From: Candidatus Methanomethylophilaceae archaeon
GTDB taxonomy: Bacteria > Bacteroidota > Bacteroidia > Bacteroidales > Bacteroidaceae
Direction: 5' to 3'
Assembly (NCBI GenBank): GCA_963594655.1
Contig: CAVBFD010000006.1
Coordinates: forward strand, 1 to 64,000
DNA: 64,000 nt
The translations under genes were made by a program, and so were the position numbers. How positions within the stretch are numbered: the first letter of the stretch is position 1; each line of letters opens with the position of its first letter. Of this stretch, positions 40,644 to 50,577 are shown piece by piece. The notes beneath the pieces were generated by a model that saw only the letters and a program-made list of their open reading frames with translations, was not told the origin of the DNA and ran no database searches.

Positions 40644-41549
40644 TTACTTACTCTTTCTCAGTGTTATGACATTGACCTCAGGCCATGCGCCTACACGAAA
40701 CGGAACAGGCACACAGCCCACTCCCTCACTCACCACGAGAGTCTGGCGGACAGACCTGCCTGTCTTGTCTGTCTTCTCGTTCCCGTATCTGCCGCTCCAC
40801 TCCTGATACACCCATGAGACAGGCGACCAACCGAACACCTTAAACTGACCTGCGTGGGTATGTCCCGACAAGGTCAACTCAATAACCGTATCAGGTATCA
40901 CCTTCCTGCGCCAGTGGGTCGGGTCATGACTGAGCAGTACCGTGAACGTGCCGTCCCCGATGCCAGACATGGCCTTGGGAAGATTACCGTACGAGGGGAA
41001 ACGCGGAGCCTCACCGTCGTTCTCCACTCCGACTACCGCTATCGAGTCGCCGCCCCTCCTTATTATCCTATGGTCGTTCAACAGCAGTTGCCATCCCATA
41101 TCACGCTGTCTCCTTTGCAGTTTACGGACATCCTCACTCCGTTGCCCGGGAGTAAGTCCCCGCTGATAGAGCGCGTAATCGTGGTTTCCCATGATGGACA
41201 TCACACCGTCGGGAGCCGACAACGACGCCAGACACGAGTCAAACCCGTCCAGTTCACCGGACTGTATGGTCACAAGGTCACCGGTGAACACTATCAGGTC
41301 ACAATGCTGTGAATTCACAAGGTCCACCACTGTCCTCACATCCTCCTCATGTCCCATGTGGAACGACATGGCATGGAAGTCAGAGAACTGCGCTATGCGG
41401 TATCCGTCGAAACTGTCCGGCAGGTTGTCGAAATAAAGTGTCCGATCGTGAACCACGAAATGACGGCTACCGTAGAAGTAGCCTATGCAGCCCAACATAA
41501 GCAGAAACGCCACTATAGCCGCAAGAGCAATCCACATCTTCCTACGCAT
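40644..41549 (-). CDS. Calcineurin-like metallophosphoesterase, membrane anchored
   Basis: GDLV, GNHD, GHTH metal-binding motifs; N-terminal TM. Confidence 0.7.
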   Translation of the reverse strand: MRRKMWIALAAIVAFLLMLGCIGYFYGSRHFVVHDRTLYFDNLPDSFDGYRIAQFSDFHAMSFHMGHEEDVRTVVDLVNSQHCDLIVFTGDLVTIQSGELDGFDSCLASLSAPDGVMSIMGNHDYALYQRGLTPGQRSEDVRKLQRRQRDMGWQLLLNDHRIIRRGGDSIAVVGVENDGEAPRFPSYGNLPKAMSGIGDGTFTVLLSHDPTHWRRKVIPDTVIELTLSGHTHAGQFKVFGWSPVSWVYQEWSGRYGNEKTDKTGRSVRQTLVVSEGVGCVPVPFRVGAWPEVNVITLRKSK

Positions 41550-42291
41550 ATATGAACACCTTCATTTTTTCAACCGGGAACCCTCTCCTTGCCGCATAGT
41601 CAGTCAACTGCTCCTCACTAATCTCTCCCACAGAGAAGTACCTTGCCTGAGGATTGAGTATCATGAAGCCGCTCACAGAGGAATGGGGACGCATCATGCC
41701 ACTCTCGGTAAGACTCACCCCAATGTTCCCGAAACCGCACAGCCGGTCTATCATGAAATTTATCGACATGTCGGGAATCGAGGGATAGCCTACCGCAGGA
41801 CGTATGATGGACAAGGGATTCAGACCCTCCAGTTTCTCCACGTCCGCCTGCAAGTGTTCCGCAGCCGCCTCGGCAAGACGGTCGGACAGGGTCTGAAGCA
41901 GGAGTGACCGATAGGGGTCATCTTCTACTTCCGCATCCATAGTACCATCCATATCCTTCACAGTCGTGGCGAAGACATACAGTCGGTCACCCTCCTCTTT
42001 TATATAATCGCTCATGCACAGGCAGCAACCGTCATCCCCGGGTCTCTGTTGCCGCAGAAACGGTATATGGAGAGTGTCGCCTATCACTATGTCGTCGCCT
42101 TCTGAGTGTACGTCAAAAGGACAGAGCATATAGTTGATTGAGACCTTGCCCTTGAGTTCCTCAAGCAAATCCAGAGCCTCCCTTTTAAGGTCGTCAGCCT
42201 CCACGCTCTGCGGACGCACCTTCCAGGCGAAGAGAAAGTGTTCCCAACTGATGAAGCCGGTAAGATCATCTATTGAATAAGTGCCTGTCAT
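41542..42291 (-). CDS. Stand-alone vitamin-B12-dependent methionine synthase activation (AdoMet-binding) domain protein
   Basis: C-terminal block SLTESGMMRPHSSVSGFMILNPQARYFSVGEISEEQLTDYAARRGF aligns closely with E. coli MetH C-terminal [46 protein letters not shown]. Confidence 0.7.
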   Translation of the reverse strand: MTGTYSIDDLTGFISWEHFLFAWKVRPQSVEADDLKREALDLLEELKGKVSINYMLCPFDVHSEGDDIVIGDTLHIPFLRQQRPGDDGCCLCMSDYIKEEGDRLYVFATTVKDMDGTMDAEVEDDPYRSLLLQTLSDRLAEAAAEHLQADVEKLEGLNPLSIIRPAVGYPSIPDMSINFMIDRLCGFGNIGVSLTESGMMRPHSSVSGFMILNPQARYFSVGEISEEQLTDYAARRGFPVEKMKVFIYA

Positions 42292-42303
42292 GTATGGTGC
42301 GCT

Positions 42304-43644
42304 TCAGTCGTACTGTAACTCCATGCCCCTCACTCCGTCAACCACGATACCGTCCACATAAGCGGTCACTCCGTTGACGATGGTTCTCACCACCTTCCAC
42401 TTGAACACACGGTCGTCCATAGGTGTCCATCCGCACTTGGTGTAATAGCGTCCCTTGCCCACGTGCCAGTTGGCGTTGGGGTCTACAAGCACCAAGTCGG
42501 CATAATAGCCCTTACGGATAAAGCCGCGCTTATGTATCCTGTAGAGGATGGCCGGATTATGACTCATGAGTTGCGGTATATGCGCCAGCGGCAACACGCC
42601 CTTGTCCGAGAGTTCCAGCATACTCACCAGGGAGAACTGCACAAGCGGCATACCCGACATGGCGCTCAACGCCCCACCCTCCTTCTCGTTCAACAGGTGC
42701 GGAGCGTGGTCTGTGGCCACCACGTCGATGAGTCCGTTGTTCAAGGCCTCGTAAAGAGCCTGACGGTCTTCGGGCGACTTTACCGAAGGGTTGCATTTTA
42801 TCTTCGCGCCGAACACGTCATAGTCCTCCGAGGTGAACATAAGGTGGGCGACACAAGCCTCAGCCGTTATCCGCTTCTCCTCCAAAGGTTTCTGTTCAAA
42901 CAGTGACAGTTCCTTGGCGGTTGACACATGGGCGATATGAAGTCGGGCGCCAGTCTCACGGGCGAGTCTTACCGCCCTCGCCGACGCCTCGTAACAAGCC
43001 TCCACACTACGAATGCGTGAGTGGTAGCGTACCGGGAAGTCATTCTGTCCCTTATATTTCTTCTTGAACAGTTTTATGTTCTGCTCGATGATATCATTGT
43101 CCTCACAATGAGCCACTATGCGCAAGGGAGACTTCTCGAATATCTGGCGCATCGACTCATAGTTGTCCACCAGCAGGTTACCTGTACTTGAACCCATGAA
43201 GACCTTCACTCCCGGCACCCTGTGAGCATCGAGCAGAGGCAGCAACCCCACATTGTCGTTGGTCGCGCCAAAGAAAAACGAGTAGTTCACACGGCTCTTC
43301 TTCTTCCCGAGGGCAAACTTCTGTTCAAGCAAATCAAACGAGGTGGTGGGCGGTTGGGTGTTGGGCATCTCCATGTATGATGTAACACCTCCTGCCGCAG
43401 CCGTGCGGCTCTCCGAGGCTATGTCCGCCTTATATTCGAAACCCGGCTCACGGAAATGCACATGGTCGTCAATCACTCCCGGGAAGAGGTACAGTCCACG
43501 AGCGTCGATGAAGTTGTCCTCATCGTTATGCTCCATGACCTCACCTTCCCTTATCTCACTTATGTATTCATTCTCGATAATCACGGATCCGGTAAAGCTC
43601 CGCTCCTCGTTGACTATCGTGGCGCCACTGATTACTATCCTCAT
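42304..43644 (-). CDS. pyrC: Dihydroorotase-like cyclic amidohydrolase
   Basis: Metal-binding DDHVHFREPG and DHAPH motifs, 446 aa. Confidence 0.7.
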   Translation of the reverse strand: MRIVISGATIVNEERSFTGSVIIENEYISEIREGEVMEHNDEDNFIDARGLYLFPGVIDDHVHFREPGFEYKADIASESRTAAAGGVTSYMEMPNTQPPTTSFDLLEQKFALGKKKSRVNYSFFFGATNDNVGLLPLLDAHRVPGVKVFMGSSTGNLLVDNYESMRQIFEKSPLRIVAHCEDNDIIEQNIKLFKKKYKGQNDFPVRYHSRIRSVEACYEASARAVRLARETGARLHIAHVSTAKELSLFEQKPLEEKRITAEACVAHLMFTSEDYDVFGAKIKCNPSVKSPEDRQALYEALNNGLIDVVATDHAPHLLNEKEGGALSAMSGMPLVQFSLVSMLELSDKGVLPLAHIPQLMSHNPAILYRIHKRGFIRKGYYADLVLVDPNANWHVGKGRYYTKCGWTPMDDRVFKWKVVRTIVNGVTAYVDGIVVDGVRGMELQYD

Positions 43645-43650
43645 ACTCCG

Positions 43651-44400
43651 TCAGTTCTTTGGTGTTGGATAATGTCTGAACCATCCGTCCAGACGCAGAC
43701 GGATCACTCCGAGGAAAGCCTCACTGAAGATACCGCCGCTCATCTTGGATGTTCCTTCCACACGGTTTACGAAAATCACCGGCACTTCCTTTATCTTGAA
43801 GCCGCACTTGGAGGCGGTGTACTTCATCTCAATCTGGAACGCATAGCCCTTGAAACGCACGGCATCGAGTTCTATGGTCTCCAGCACCTTACGTCTGTAG
43901 CACACGAAGCCCGCCGTGGTGTCACAGATCTGGAGTCCCGTCACCAAGCGCACGTACTTGGACGCATAGTAAGACATCAGCACGCGTCCCATGGGCCAGT
44001 TGACTACATTCACTCCCGACACGTAGCGCGACCCGATGGACAGGTCGTTGCCCTCCTCCGCACATGCGGCGTAAAGACGTGGCAGGTCAGACGGAGAGTG
44101 GGAGAAGTCGGCGTCCATCTCGAAGATATAGTCGTACTTCCTCTCAAGTCCCCACTTGAACCCGGCTATGTAGGCAGTCCCCAGTCCGAGTTTGCCCGGA
44201 CGTTCCATAAGGAAGAGCCTGTCCTTGAACTCGCCGTCAGCCAACCGCTTCACGATACCTGCCGTACCGTCGGGCGAGTTGTCGTCTATCACCAGTATAT
44301 CGAAAGGCTTGTCCAGACCGAAGATGGCCCGGACAATCCTCTCGATATTCTCTTTCTCGTTATATGTCGGTATTATTACAATGCTATCACTTGTGTCCAT
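43651..44400 (-). CDS. GT2 polyprenol-phosphate mannosyl/glycosyltransferase (Dpm1-like)
   Basis: IIPTYNEKENI...VIDDNSPDGT GT2 N-terminal signature; TACCTTTG promoter at 44427-44434 (minus). Confidence 0.75.
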   Translation of the reverse strand: MDTSDSIVIIPTYNEKENIERIVRAIFGLDKPFDILVIDDNSPDGTAGIVKRLADGEFKDRLFLMERPGKLGLGTAYIAGFKWGLERKYDYIFEMDADFSHSPSDLPRLYAACAEEGNDLSIGSRYVSGVNVVNWPMGRVLMSYYASKYVRLVTGLQICDTTAGFVCYRRKVLETIELDAVRFKGYAFQIEMKYTASKCGFKIKEVPVIFVNRVEGTSKMSGGIFSEAFLGVIRLRLDGWFRHYPTPKN

Positions 44401-44478
44401 AACAGTAGTTTATTGTTCTTGGTGTGCAAAGGTAAGATAAAGAACCGTAAGCACCAAATAAAATGCGATTTATTTGGA

Positions 44479-45960
44479 CTAATCCCTCTTCAGACCGGAG
44501 CGTCGGCGGTACATGCGCAGCCAGACGAAGAAGCATACTGTCAGCGCGAGGGTTACGGCAAAGCCGATGATGTCGGATATACCGCCCGGCATCTGCAGGC
44601 CCTCCGGAGCCACGAGTATGTATGTAGAGCATACACAGGTCATGAACATGGCAGGTATGATGGTGATTACATACGGTTTGTTGAGTTTGGCGAGGTACAC
44701 GGTGATAGCCCACAGTGTGAACACCGCAAGGGTCTGGTTGAGCCATGCCAGATAACGCCAGAGGACGGCGAAGTCCACATATATCAAAATGATGGAAAGC
44801 ATGAAGATCGGCAGACAGAGCAGCAGACGCTTGTATATCTTGTTCTGTTTGATTTTCAGGAAGTCAGCCGCTATCAGTCGCGCGCTGCGGAATGCGGTGT
44901 CACCGGTTGTTATTGGCGCTGCCACCACACCGAGTATGGCAAGGAAAGCTCCGAACGAACCCAACCATGAATGACAGATGTCGTTCACCACGATAGCGGG
45001 ATTGATCTTGCCGTTGCGGTCAGTCATCGCAGTGAGCAGTTTCTCGTAAGGTGTGTCACCCGGCACGTTCAGTGAGTCGGCATACTTGATGGAAGCCGCA
45101 GCCCAGATCAGTGTCACGATACCTTCAGTTATCATAGCTCCGTAGAACACTCCACGACCGCACTTCTCGTTCTTCATGCAGCGCGCCATCATCGGACTTT
45201 GTGTCGCATGGAAACCACTCACGGCACCACAGGCGATGGTGACGCAGAGACAGGGGAACAATGGCATCACGCCACCGTTCGGATGGTGGTTGGAGAACGC
45301 TCCTGTAATCTCGGGGATGGAACCGTCACTGAAGAAGATGCCGAAGAACAGGGCTACAGCCATAATCAACAGAGCGACACCGAACACAGGGTAGATACGG
45401 CCAATCAACTTGTCAATCGGAAGCAGGGTGGCGAGCAGATAGTAGGCGAGGATAACCAACACCCAGAACTGTACCGAACCTACATAGCCTGTAGAACCGC
45501 ACATAACGCCCAACAGTCCTGCCGGTGTCTGTGTGAACACCGCACCCACGATAACCATCAGCACCAAGGCGAGCAGAAGCATCACGACCTTGGTCAGACG
45601 GCCCAACTCCGACCCTATCAACTCTGGTTGGCTCTCACCTCCCCTGCGCAGGGAAATCATTCCACCCAGATAGTCGTGTACCGCCCCACCGAAGATACAG
45701 CCAAGCACAATCCACAGATAAGCGGCGGGACCGAACAGAATCCCCTGCATGGCACCGAATATAGGACCTGTACCGGCGATGTTGAGGAACTGTATCAAAT
45801 AGACTTTCCATGTAGGCATCGGTATATAGTCGATGCCGTCCTGATGTGTGTAACATGGAGTTTTTCTGGCAGGGTCCGCGCCAAACACGCGCTCCACGAA
45901 CTTGCCGTAAATGACGTATCCCAGTATAAGTAGGATAAACGAAACAATGAAAGTAATCAT
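44479..45960 (-). CDS. cstA: Carbon starvation protein A (peptide/pyruvate transporter)
   Basis: Aligns to E. coli CstA N-terminal region; track ORF starts TTG 45981, ATG 45960. Confidence 0.85.
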   Translation of the reverse strand: MITFIVSFILLILGYVIYGKFVERVFGADPARKTPCYTHQDGIDYIPMPTWKVYLIQFLNIAGTGPIFGAMQGILFGPAAYLWIVLGCIFGGAVHDYLGGMISLRRGGESQPELIGSELGRLTKVVMLLLALVLMVIVGAVFTQTPAGLLGVMCGSTGYVGSVQFWVLVILAYYLLATLLPIDKLIGRIYPVFGVALLIMAVALFFGIFFSDGSIPEITGAFSNHHPNGGVMPLFPCLCVTIACGAVSGFHATQSPMMARCMKNEKCGRGVFYGAMITEGIVTLIWAAASIKYADSLNVPGDTPYEKLLTAMTDRNGKINPAIVVNDICHSWLGSFGAFLAILGVVAAPITTGDTAFRSARLIAADFLKIKQNKIYKRLLLCLPIFMLSIILIYVDFAVLWRYLAWLNQTLAVFTLWAITVYLAKLNKPYVITIIPAMFMTCVCSTYILVAPEGLQMPGGISDIIGFAVTLALTVCFFVWLRMYRRRSGLKRD

Positions 45961-46062
45961 AATTCTATCTATATATTTCAATTACACCGCAAAAATACGC
46001 ATAAATACGGCTCGGTGTAACGTGCCGTGTTTGTTTGTTTGCCTACAGTCATGTTTTTTCAT

Positions 46063-46070
46063 TACCTTTG
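46063..46070 (+). promoter_or_regulatory. TACCTTTG -7 element for rsmF-like gene
   Basis: Exact octamer 28 nt upstream of ATG 46098. Confidence 0.4.
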
Positions 46071-46097
46071 TAGCCGAATCGCAAAACAGTATAGACA

Positions 46098-47315
46098 ATG
46101 AGACTACCAGACGACTTCATATCGGAGATGCGCGGCGTACTTGACGACCAAACTATGGAAGAGTTCATGACCGCCGTCGTACAGGAACCGCCCACGAGCA
46201 TACGACTGAACACAGGGAGGATTACCGGGGAGGCGAAGGAGGAGATAACGGAGGCGTTCCACCTCTCCGCCGCCAACCGCATCCCATGGTGCGAAGACGG
46301 TTACTACCTCGACAACCGTCCGCAGTTCACCATGGACCCACTGTTCCATGCCGGCGCGTATTATGTGCAGGAAGCCTCGTCGATGTACATCTCACGTCTA
46401 CTGAACCATTATGTGGGTACAAGGGACGTGACTGCGCTCGACCTGTGCGCGGCTCCCGGAGGGAAGTCCACCCTGATGCTGTCAAGCCTGTCCGGCAGTT
46501 CCACTCTGGTGGCAAACGAGATAATACCCAAACGGGCATCCATACTGAGAGAGAACATCAGCAAGTGGAACTCCACTGTCAATGTCATTGTAACCAACAA
46601 CCGACCGGAGGACTTCAGACGGATGAAGAGGGTGTTCGACCTTATCCTGTGCGATGTGCCGTGTTCGGGCGAAGGGATGTTCAGGAAAGACCATGACTCC
46701 GTGGGGCAATGGTCACTCAACAATGTGGCGATGTGCTGCAAACGTCAGCGCGACATCGTAGGTGCGGTGTGGGACTGCCTCAAACCAGGGGGACTGATGA
46801 TATACAGTACCTGTACCTATAACACGAAGGAGGATGAGGAGAATGTCAGGTGGATAAGTGAGAGTCTCGGATCGGACATCCTGCCCTGCCCTACCGAGAT
46901 TGGGTGGGACATAACCCGTAACCTCCTGCCCGGCGGAACATTCGACTGTCTGCATTTCATGCCGCACAGACAGAAAGGGGAAGGATTCTTCTGCGCCATA
47001 CTCCGGAAGGAAGGTGGGGACGACGTACAGCCCTGTGGCGGTACTGTCCGGATCAGCGACAAGATGTTAAGTGGACTTCACATCCTCGCCTTAGAGGACA
47101 GGACAGCAGGATGTGTGGCACAGGTGGATGTGGACAGGCAGACGGCACTGCAATATCTCAGAGGCGAAGCGTTGACCCTACCGTCCGCCACACCCAAGGG
47201 ACTCGTCACCATAACCTATAAGGGGATGCCGCTCGGTAAGGCGAAAAACATAGGCAACCGTGCCAACAACCTCTATCCCAAGGAGTGGAGGATAAGGAAA
47301 CAGATCAACCGATAA
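46098..47315 (+). CDS. rRNA cytosine-C5 methyltransferase, RsmB/RsmF (NOL1/NOP2/Sun) family
   Basis: SAM motif LDLCAAPGGKST, catalytic DVPCSGEG and TCT blocks. Confidence 0.7.
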   Translation: MRLPDDFISEMRGVLDDQTMEEFMTAVVQEPPTSIRLNTGRITGEAKEEITEAFHLSAANRIPWCEDGYYLDNRPQFTMDPLFHAGAYYVQEASSMYISRLLNHYVGTRDVTALDLCAAPGGKSTLMLSSLSGSSTLVANEIIPKRASILRENISKWNSTVNVIVTNNRPEDFRRMKRVFDLILCDVPCSGEGMFRKDHDSVGQWSLNNVAMCCKRQRDIVGAVWDCLKPGGLMIYSTCTYNTKEDEENVRWISESLGSDILPCPTEIGWDITRNLLPGGTFDCLHFMPHRQKGEGFFCAILRKEGGDDVQPCGGTVRISDKMLSGLHILALEDRTAGCVAQVDVDRQTALQYLRGEALTLPSATPKGLVTITYKGMPLGKAKNIGNRANNLYPKEWRIRKQINR

Positions 47316-47406
47316 CAGGCGCGACATACCAACAAAAGCGGAAGAATCACAAATATCAAATTGTGCAGAATACGTGGTTTATATGCGCAAAATGTGAGGC
47401 TTCCAG

Positions 47407-47520
47407 TAACTTTTTGACAAACCCCCGTAGACACCCCTGTAGAGGGGTCTCGAGTGAATGGGTCATTTCACTCGAGTGATTTGATCAATTCACTCGGCTG
47501 AATCGATCAATTCACTCGAG
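47407..47520 (+). repeat. Repeat element copy B: TAACTTTTTGACAAA box (47407-47421) then four CTCGAG/CTCGGC-centred palindromes at exact 22-bp spacing (47449,47471,47493,47515)
   Basis: Direct reading; 36-bp core CACTCG(A/G)(G/C)TGAATCGATCAATTCACTCGAGTGAAAT shared with copy A with 2 mismatches. Confidence 0.8.
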
Positions 47521-47604
47521 TGAAATTAGAGGGGGTGCTTGAGGCCTTCCCGAGCGTCTTCCGTAAAATGACAATATGTCAACAAACTGGAACTTTGCAT
47601 GTGT

Positions 47605-47638
47605 AAAAAAAAAGGGCATCCCAACTGAGAGATGCCCT
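47605..47638 (-). terminator. Rho-independent terminator downstream of tsf (AGGGCATC-loop-GATGCCCT with A9 run on plus strand)
   Basis: 8-bp stem, 9-nt loop, U-run on transcribed minus strand. Confidence 0.7.
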
Positions 47639-47681
47639 TGTCTGTCCGCCGGAAAGCGGACATGAATATAAGAGGTAATGA

Positions 47682-48674
47682 TTATTCGCTACGGAGAGTG
47701 AATCGCTTGAAGTCAGTGACAGTAAGATCCTTGTCGATGTTCTGAAGGTACTGAGCCACACTAACCTTGTTGTCGTCGATGTAAGCCTGGTCAAGCAGAC
47801 AAGACTCCTTGTAGAACTTGTTGAGCATACCGTTGGCGATATTCTGAATCATCTGCTCCGGGAGACTTGCGGCCTTCTCCTCAGCCACCTTAGCCTTGAT
47901 CTCACGAGCCTGTGCAGCCTGTTCTGGAGTGATCCAGCCCTTGGCTGTGTTGGACTCGATATGGTCATCGCTGTCCACGTGTGCAGGGTTGATGCCAGCC
48001 TTCTTCAGAGCAGCCTCGACAGCCTTGTTGATCTGGTTCTGCTTTGCCTTCTCGATGTCAGCCTTGTACTCCACATCCTTCACGTGCTGCGGCACTGAAG
48101 CCTCGTCGAGGGCTACAGGAGCCATGGCGGCAACCTGCATAGCCACGTTCTTGGCCACATCCTCAGAGCATGGCTTGCTCATTGCCACGAGAGTGCAGAG
48201 GAAGTTCTGGTTCATGTGGTTGTACGCACAAACATAGTCACCCTCAACTACATTGTAGCCGTCGAGTTCCATCTTCTCGCCTGTCACACCTGACCGTTCA
48301 GTGACAGCCTCAGTGACCGGCTTGCCGTCGATGGTGAGAGCCTTCACCTCATCGAGAGTCTTGCATTTGTTTTCAACAGCAAGGTCAAGTATCTTGGAGC
48401 AAAGAGCCACGAAGTCAGCGTTCTTTGCCACGAAGTCGGTCTCGCACTTGAGGGCAATCATAGCGGCGAACTTGCCGTCCACCTTTGCGAGTACACAGCC
48501 CTCGGCTGCCTCACGGTCAGAACGCTTGGCTGCTACCAACTGACCTTTCTTGCGGAGAATCTCCATTGCCTGCTCCATGTCGCCGTTGGCTTCTGTGAGA
48601 GCCTTCTTGCAGTCCATCAGTCCTGCCTGGGTCTTCTGGCGCAGTGCGTTGATTTCTGCTAATGTGATAGCCAT
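47682..48674 (-). CDS. tsf: Elongation factor Ts
   Basis: UBA-like N-terminus AINALRQKTQAGLMDCKKAL, 330 aa. Confidence 0.9.
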   Translation of the reverse strand: MAITLAEINALRQKTQAGLMDCKKALTEANGDMEQAMEILRKKGQLVAAKRSDREAAEGCVLAKVDGKFAAMIALKCETDFVAKNADFVALCSKILDLAVENKCKTLDEVKALTIDGKPVTEAVTERSGVTGEKMELDGYNVVEGDYVCAYNHMNQNFLCTLVAMSKPCSEDVAKNVAMQVAAMAPVALDEASVPQHVKDVEYKADIEKAKQNQINKAVEAALKKAGINPAHVDSDDHIESNTAKGWITPEQAAQAREIKAKVAEEKAASLPEQMIQNIANGMLNKFYKESCLLDQAYIDDNKVSVAQYLQNIDKDLTVTDFKRFTLRSE

Positions 48675-48708
48675 AGTCTATAATGATTTTATTATTTCGA
48701 TTAAACAA

Positions 48709-49593
48709 TTATTCCGCTTCCTCAGCCTTGGTCTCCTCAACCGGAGCTGCTGCCGGAGCTGCTGCCGGAGCTGCCTCCTCTACAGGCGCTTCAACTTCCT
48801 TTGCCTCGTCAGCTTTCTTCACTTCCTTGCGCTGGCGTCTTGGCCTTGCCGGCGCGTCAGCACCTTCAGTCTGCTCACCTGCGGCCTCCATGTCAATCTT
48901 CTCAATCTTGCGCTCCTCGAGACCTTCTGCTATGGCGTCGCAGCAAGCGCTGACGATAACCTCGATTGACTTTGACGCGTCGTCGTTGGCAGGAATCATG
49001 AAGTCAACATTCTCAGGGTTGGAGTTGGTGTCCACGATGGCGAACACTGGTATGCCGAGACGGTTTGCCTCATGCACTGCGATGTGTTCCTTCATCACGT
49101 CGACAACGAAGAGGGCTGCCGGGAGACGGGTAAGGTCTGCGATTGAACCGAGGTTCTTCTCCAACTTCTCGCGCTTGCGGCGAATCTGGAGGTTCTCACG
49201 CTTTGACAACTTGTCGTATGTACCGTCAGCAATCATCTTGTCGATGTTTGACATCTTCTTCACAGCCTTACGGATTGTAGGGAAGTTGGTGAGCATACCG
49301 CCCGGCCAACGCTCGATAACGTAAGGCATGCCTACTGCCTTTGCCTTCTCTGCCACAGCTTCCTTCGCCTGCTTCTTTGTAGCGACAAAAAGGATGCGCT
49401 TGCCTGACTTGGCAATCTGCTTGAGGGCTTCAGCGGCTGAATCAATGCAGTCAACGGTCTTGTTGAGGTCGATGATGTGGATGCCGTTGCGCTCCATGAA
49501 GATATAAGGAGCCATTGCCGGATTCCATTTTCTCTTGAGGTGTCCGAAATGACAGCCTGCTTCCAATAATTGTTCGAAATTAGTTCTTGACAT
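48709..49593 (-). CDS. rpsB: 30S ribosomal protein S2 with long acidic/Ala-rich C-terminal tail
   Basis: FEQLLEAGCHFGH signature; ~60-aa AE/K-rich low-complexity extension. Confidence 0.9.
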   Translation of the reverse strand: MSRTNFEQLLEAGCHFGHLKRKWNPAMAPYIFMERNGIHIIDLNKTVDCIDSAAEALKQIAKSGKRILFVATKKQAKEAVAEKAKAVGMPYVIERWPGGMLTNFPTIRKAVKKMSNIDKMIADGTYDKLSKRENLQIRRKREKLEKNLGSIADLTRLPAALFVVDVMKEHIAVHEANRLGIPVFAIVDTNSNPENVDFMIPANDDASKSIEVIVSACCDAIAEGLEERKIEKIDMEAAGEQTEGADAPARPRRQRKEVKKADEAKEVEAPVEEAAPAAAPAAAPVEETKAEEAE

Positions 49594-49715
49594 AATTCTT
49601 TCTTGATTTGTTTGTTTACTTTCCTTTTAGTTTTTGATTTGAAAACCAGCTCCCAAGTAGCCCTAAGGGATCTTGGGAGTTTAGATACTAAACCCCTGTC
49701 CAGACATGAACGGCG

Positions 49716-50102
49716 TCAACGCTTACTGAACTGGAATCTGCGACGGGCCTTTGGTCTACCCGGCTTCTTACGTTCAACGACACGTGAGTCACGAGTGATG
49801 AACCCTTCAGCGCGGAGAGCCTTCTTGTCGTCGGCGTTGATCTTCACGAGTGCGCGGGCAATGGCGAGACGGAGAGCCTGTGACTGACCTGTGTAACCAC
49901 CTCCGTAGAGATTGACCTTGATGTCATACTTGTCAGCGACATCCAGCAGGTTCAACGGCTGCTTTACAACGAACTGTACCAGTTCTGAGGGGAAGTAGTC
50001 CTTAAGATCCCGCTTGTTGATGGTAATCTTGCCTGTACCCTCTGTGAGATATACACGGGCGACTGCGGCTTTGCGACGACCTAATGCATTAATCATTTCC
50101 AT
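49716..50102 (-). CDS. rpsI: 30S ribosomal protein S9
   Basis: GRRKAAVARV N-terminus, C-terminal GRPKARRRFQFSKR. Confidence 0.9.
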   Translation of the reverse strand: MEMINALGRRKAAVARVYLTEGTGKITINKRDLKDYFPSELVQFVVKQPLNLLDVADKYDIKVNLYGGGYTGQSQALRLAIARALVKINADDKKALRAEGFITRDSRVVERKKPGRPKARRRFQFSKR

Positions 50103-50115
50103 ATGTCTTCGTTAT

Positions 50116-50577
50116 TTATTTCAGTGTGTTAATATCGATTGCCTTTGGACTCTGCGCCTCCTGCTTGTGTTCAGCACCCTCATATATATATAGGTTACCG
50201 AGCAACTTTGAACCAAGATGTCCCTTGGTGAGCATTCCCTTCACTGCGTGACGGAGGATACGCTCGTAACCGTTAGGACGCTTTGACAGTTCTGCGGGAC
50301 TCTGCTTGTGCTGACCGCCCGGATAACCGGAGAAAGTGATGTACTGCTTGTCAGTCCACTTCTTTCCAGAGAACTTCACCTTACTTGCGTTGATGATGAT
50401 AACGTTGTCACCGCAATCCTGGTTGGGTGTGAAGCATGGCTTGTACTTTCCACGAAGAATCTTCGCCACCTTTGAGCAAAGGCGACCGACTGTCTGGTCT
50501 GTCGCATCGACAACAACCCACTGCTTGTCCGCCTCTTCCGGGGTCACACAACGGGTCTTTGCACTTAATGTATTCAT
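50116..50577 (-). CDS. rplM: 50S ribosomal protein L13
   Basis: KQWVVVDATDQTVGRL... L13 signature; track ORF starts TTG 50604, ATG 50577. Confidence 0.9.
   Translation of the reverse strand: MNTLSAKTRCVTPEEADKQWVVVDATDQTVGRLCSKVAKILRGKYKPCFTPNQDCGDNVIIINASKVKFSGKKWTDKQYITFSGYPGGQHKQSPAELSKRPNGYERILRHAVKGMLTKGHLGSKLLGNLYIYEGAEHKQEAQSPKAIDINTLK

Noticed and set aside
43456-44970. 504-aa plus-strand ORF spanning pyrC, GT2 and cstA boundaries
   Set aside because: It crosses two intergenic promoters and three well-supported minus-strand genes. It is a shadow ORF.
166-47520. Idea that the two repeat copies delimit a ~47-kb mobile element
   Set aside because: The interior is housekeeping (ilv operon, mfd, rpe, glmM, pyrC, cstA, rnpB). 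There is no integrase, transposase or tRNA target, and only the first 4 kb is compositionally atypical.
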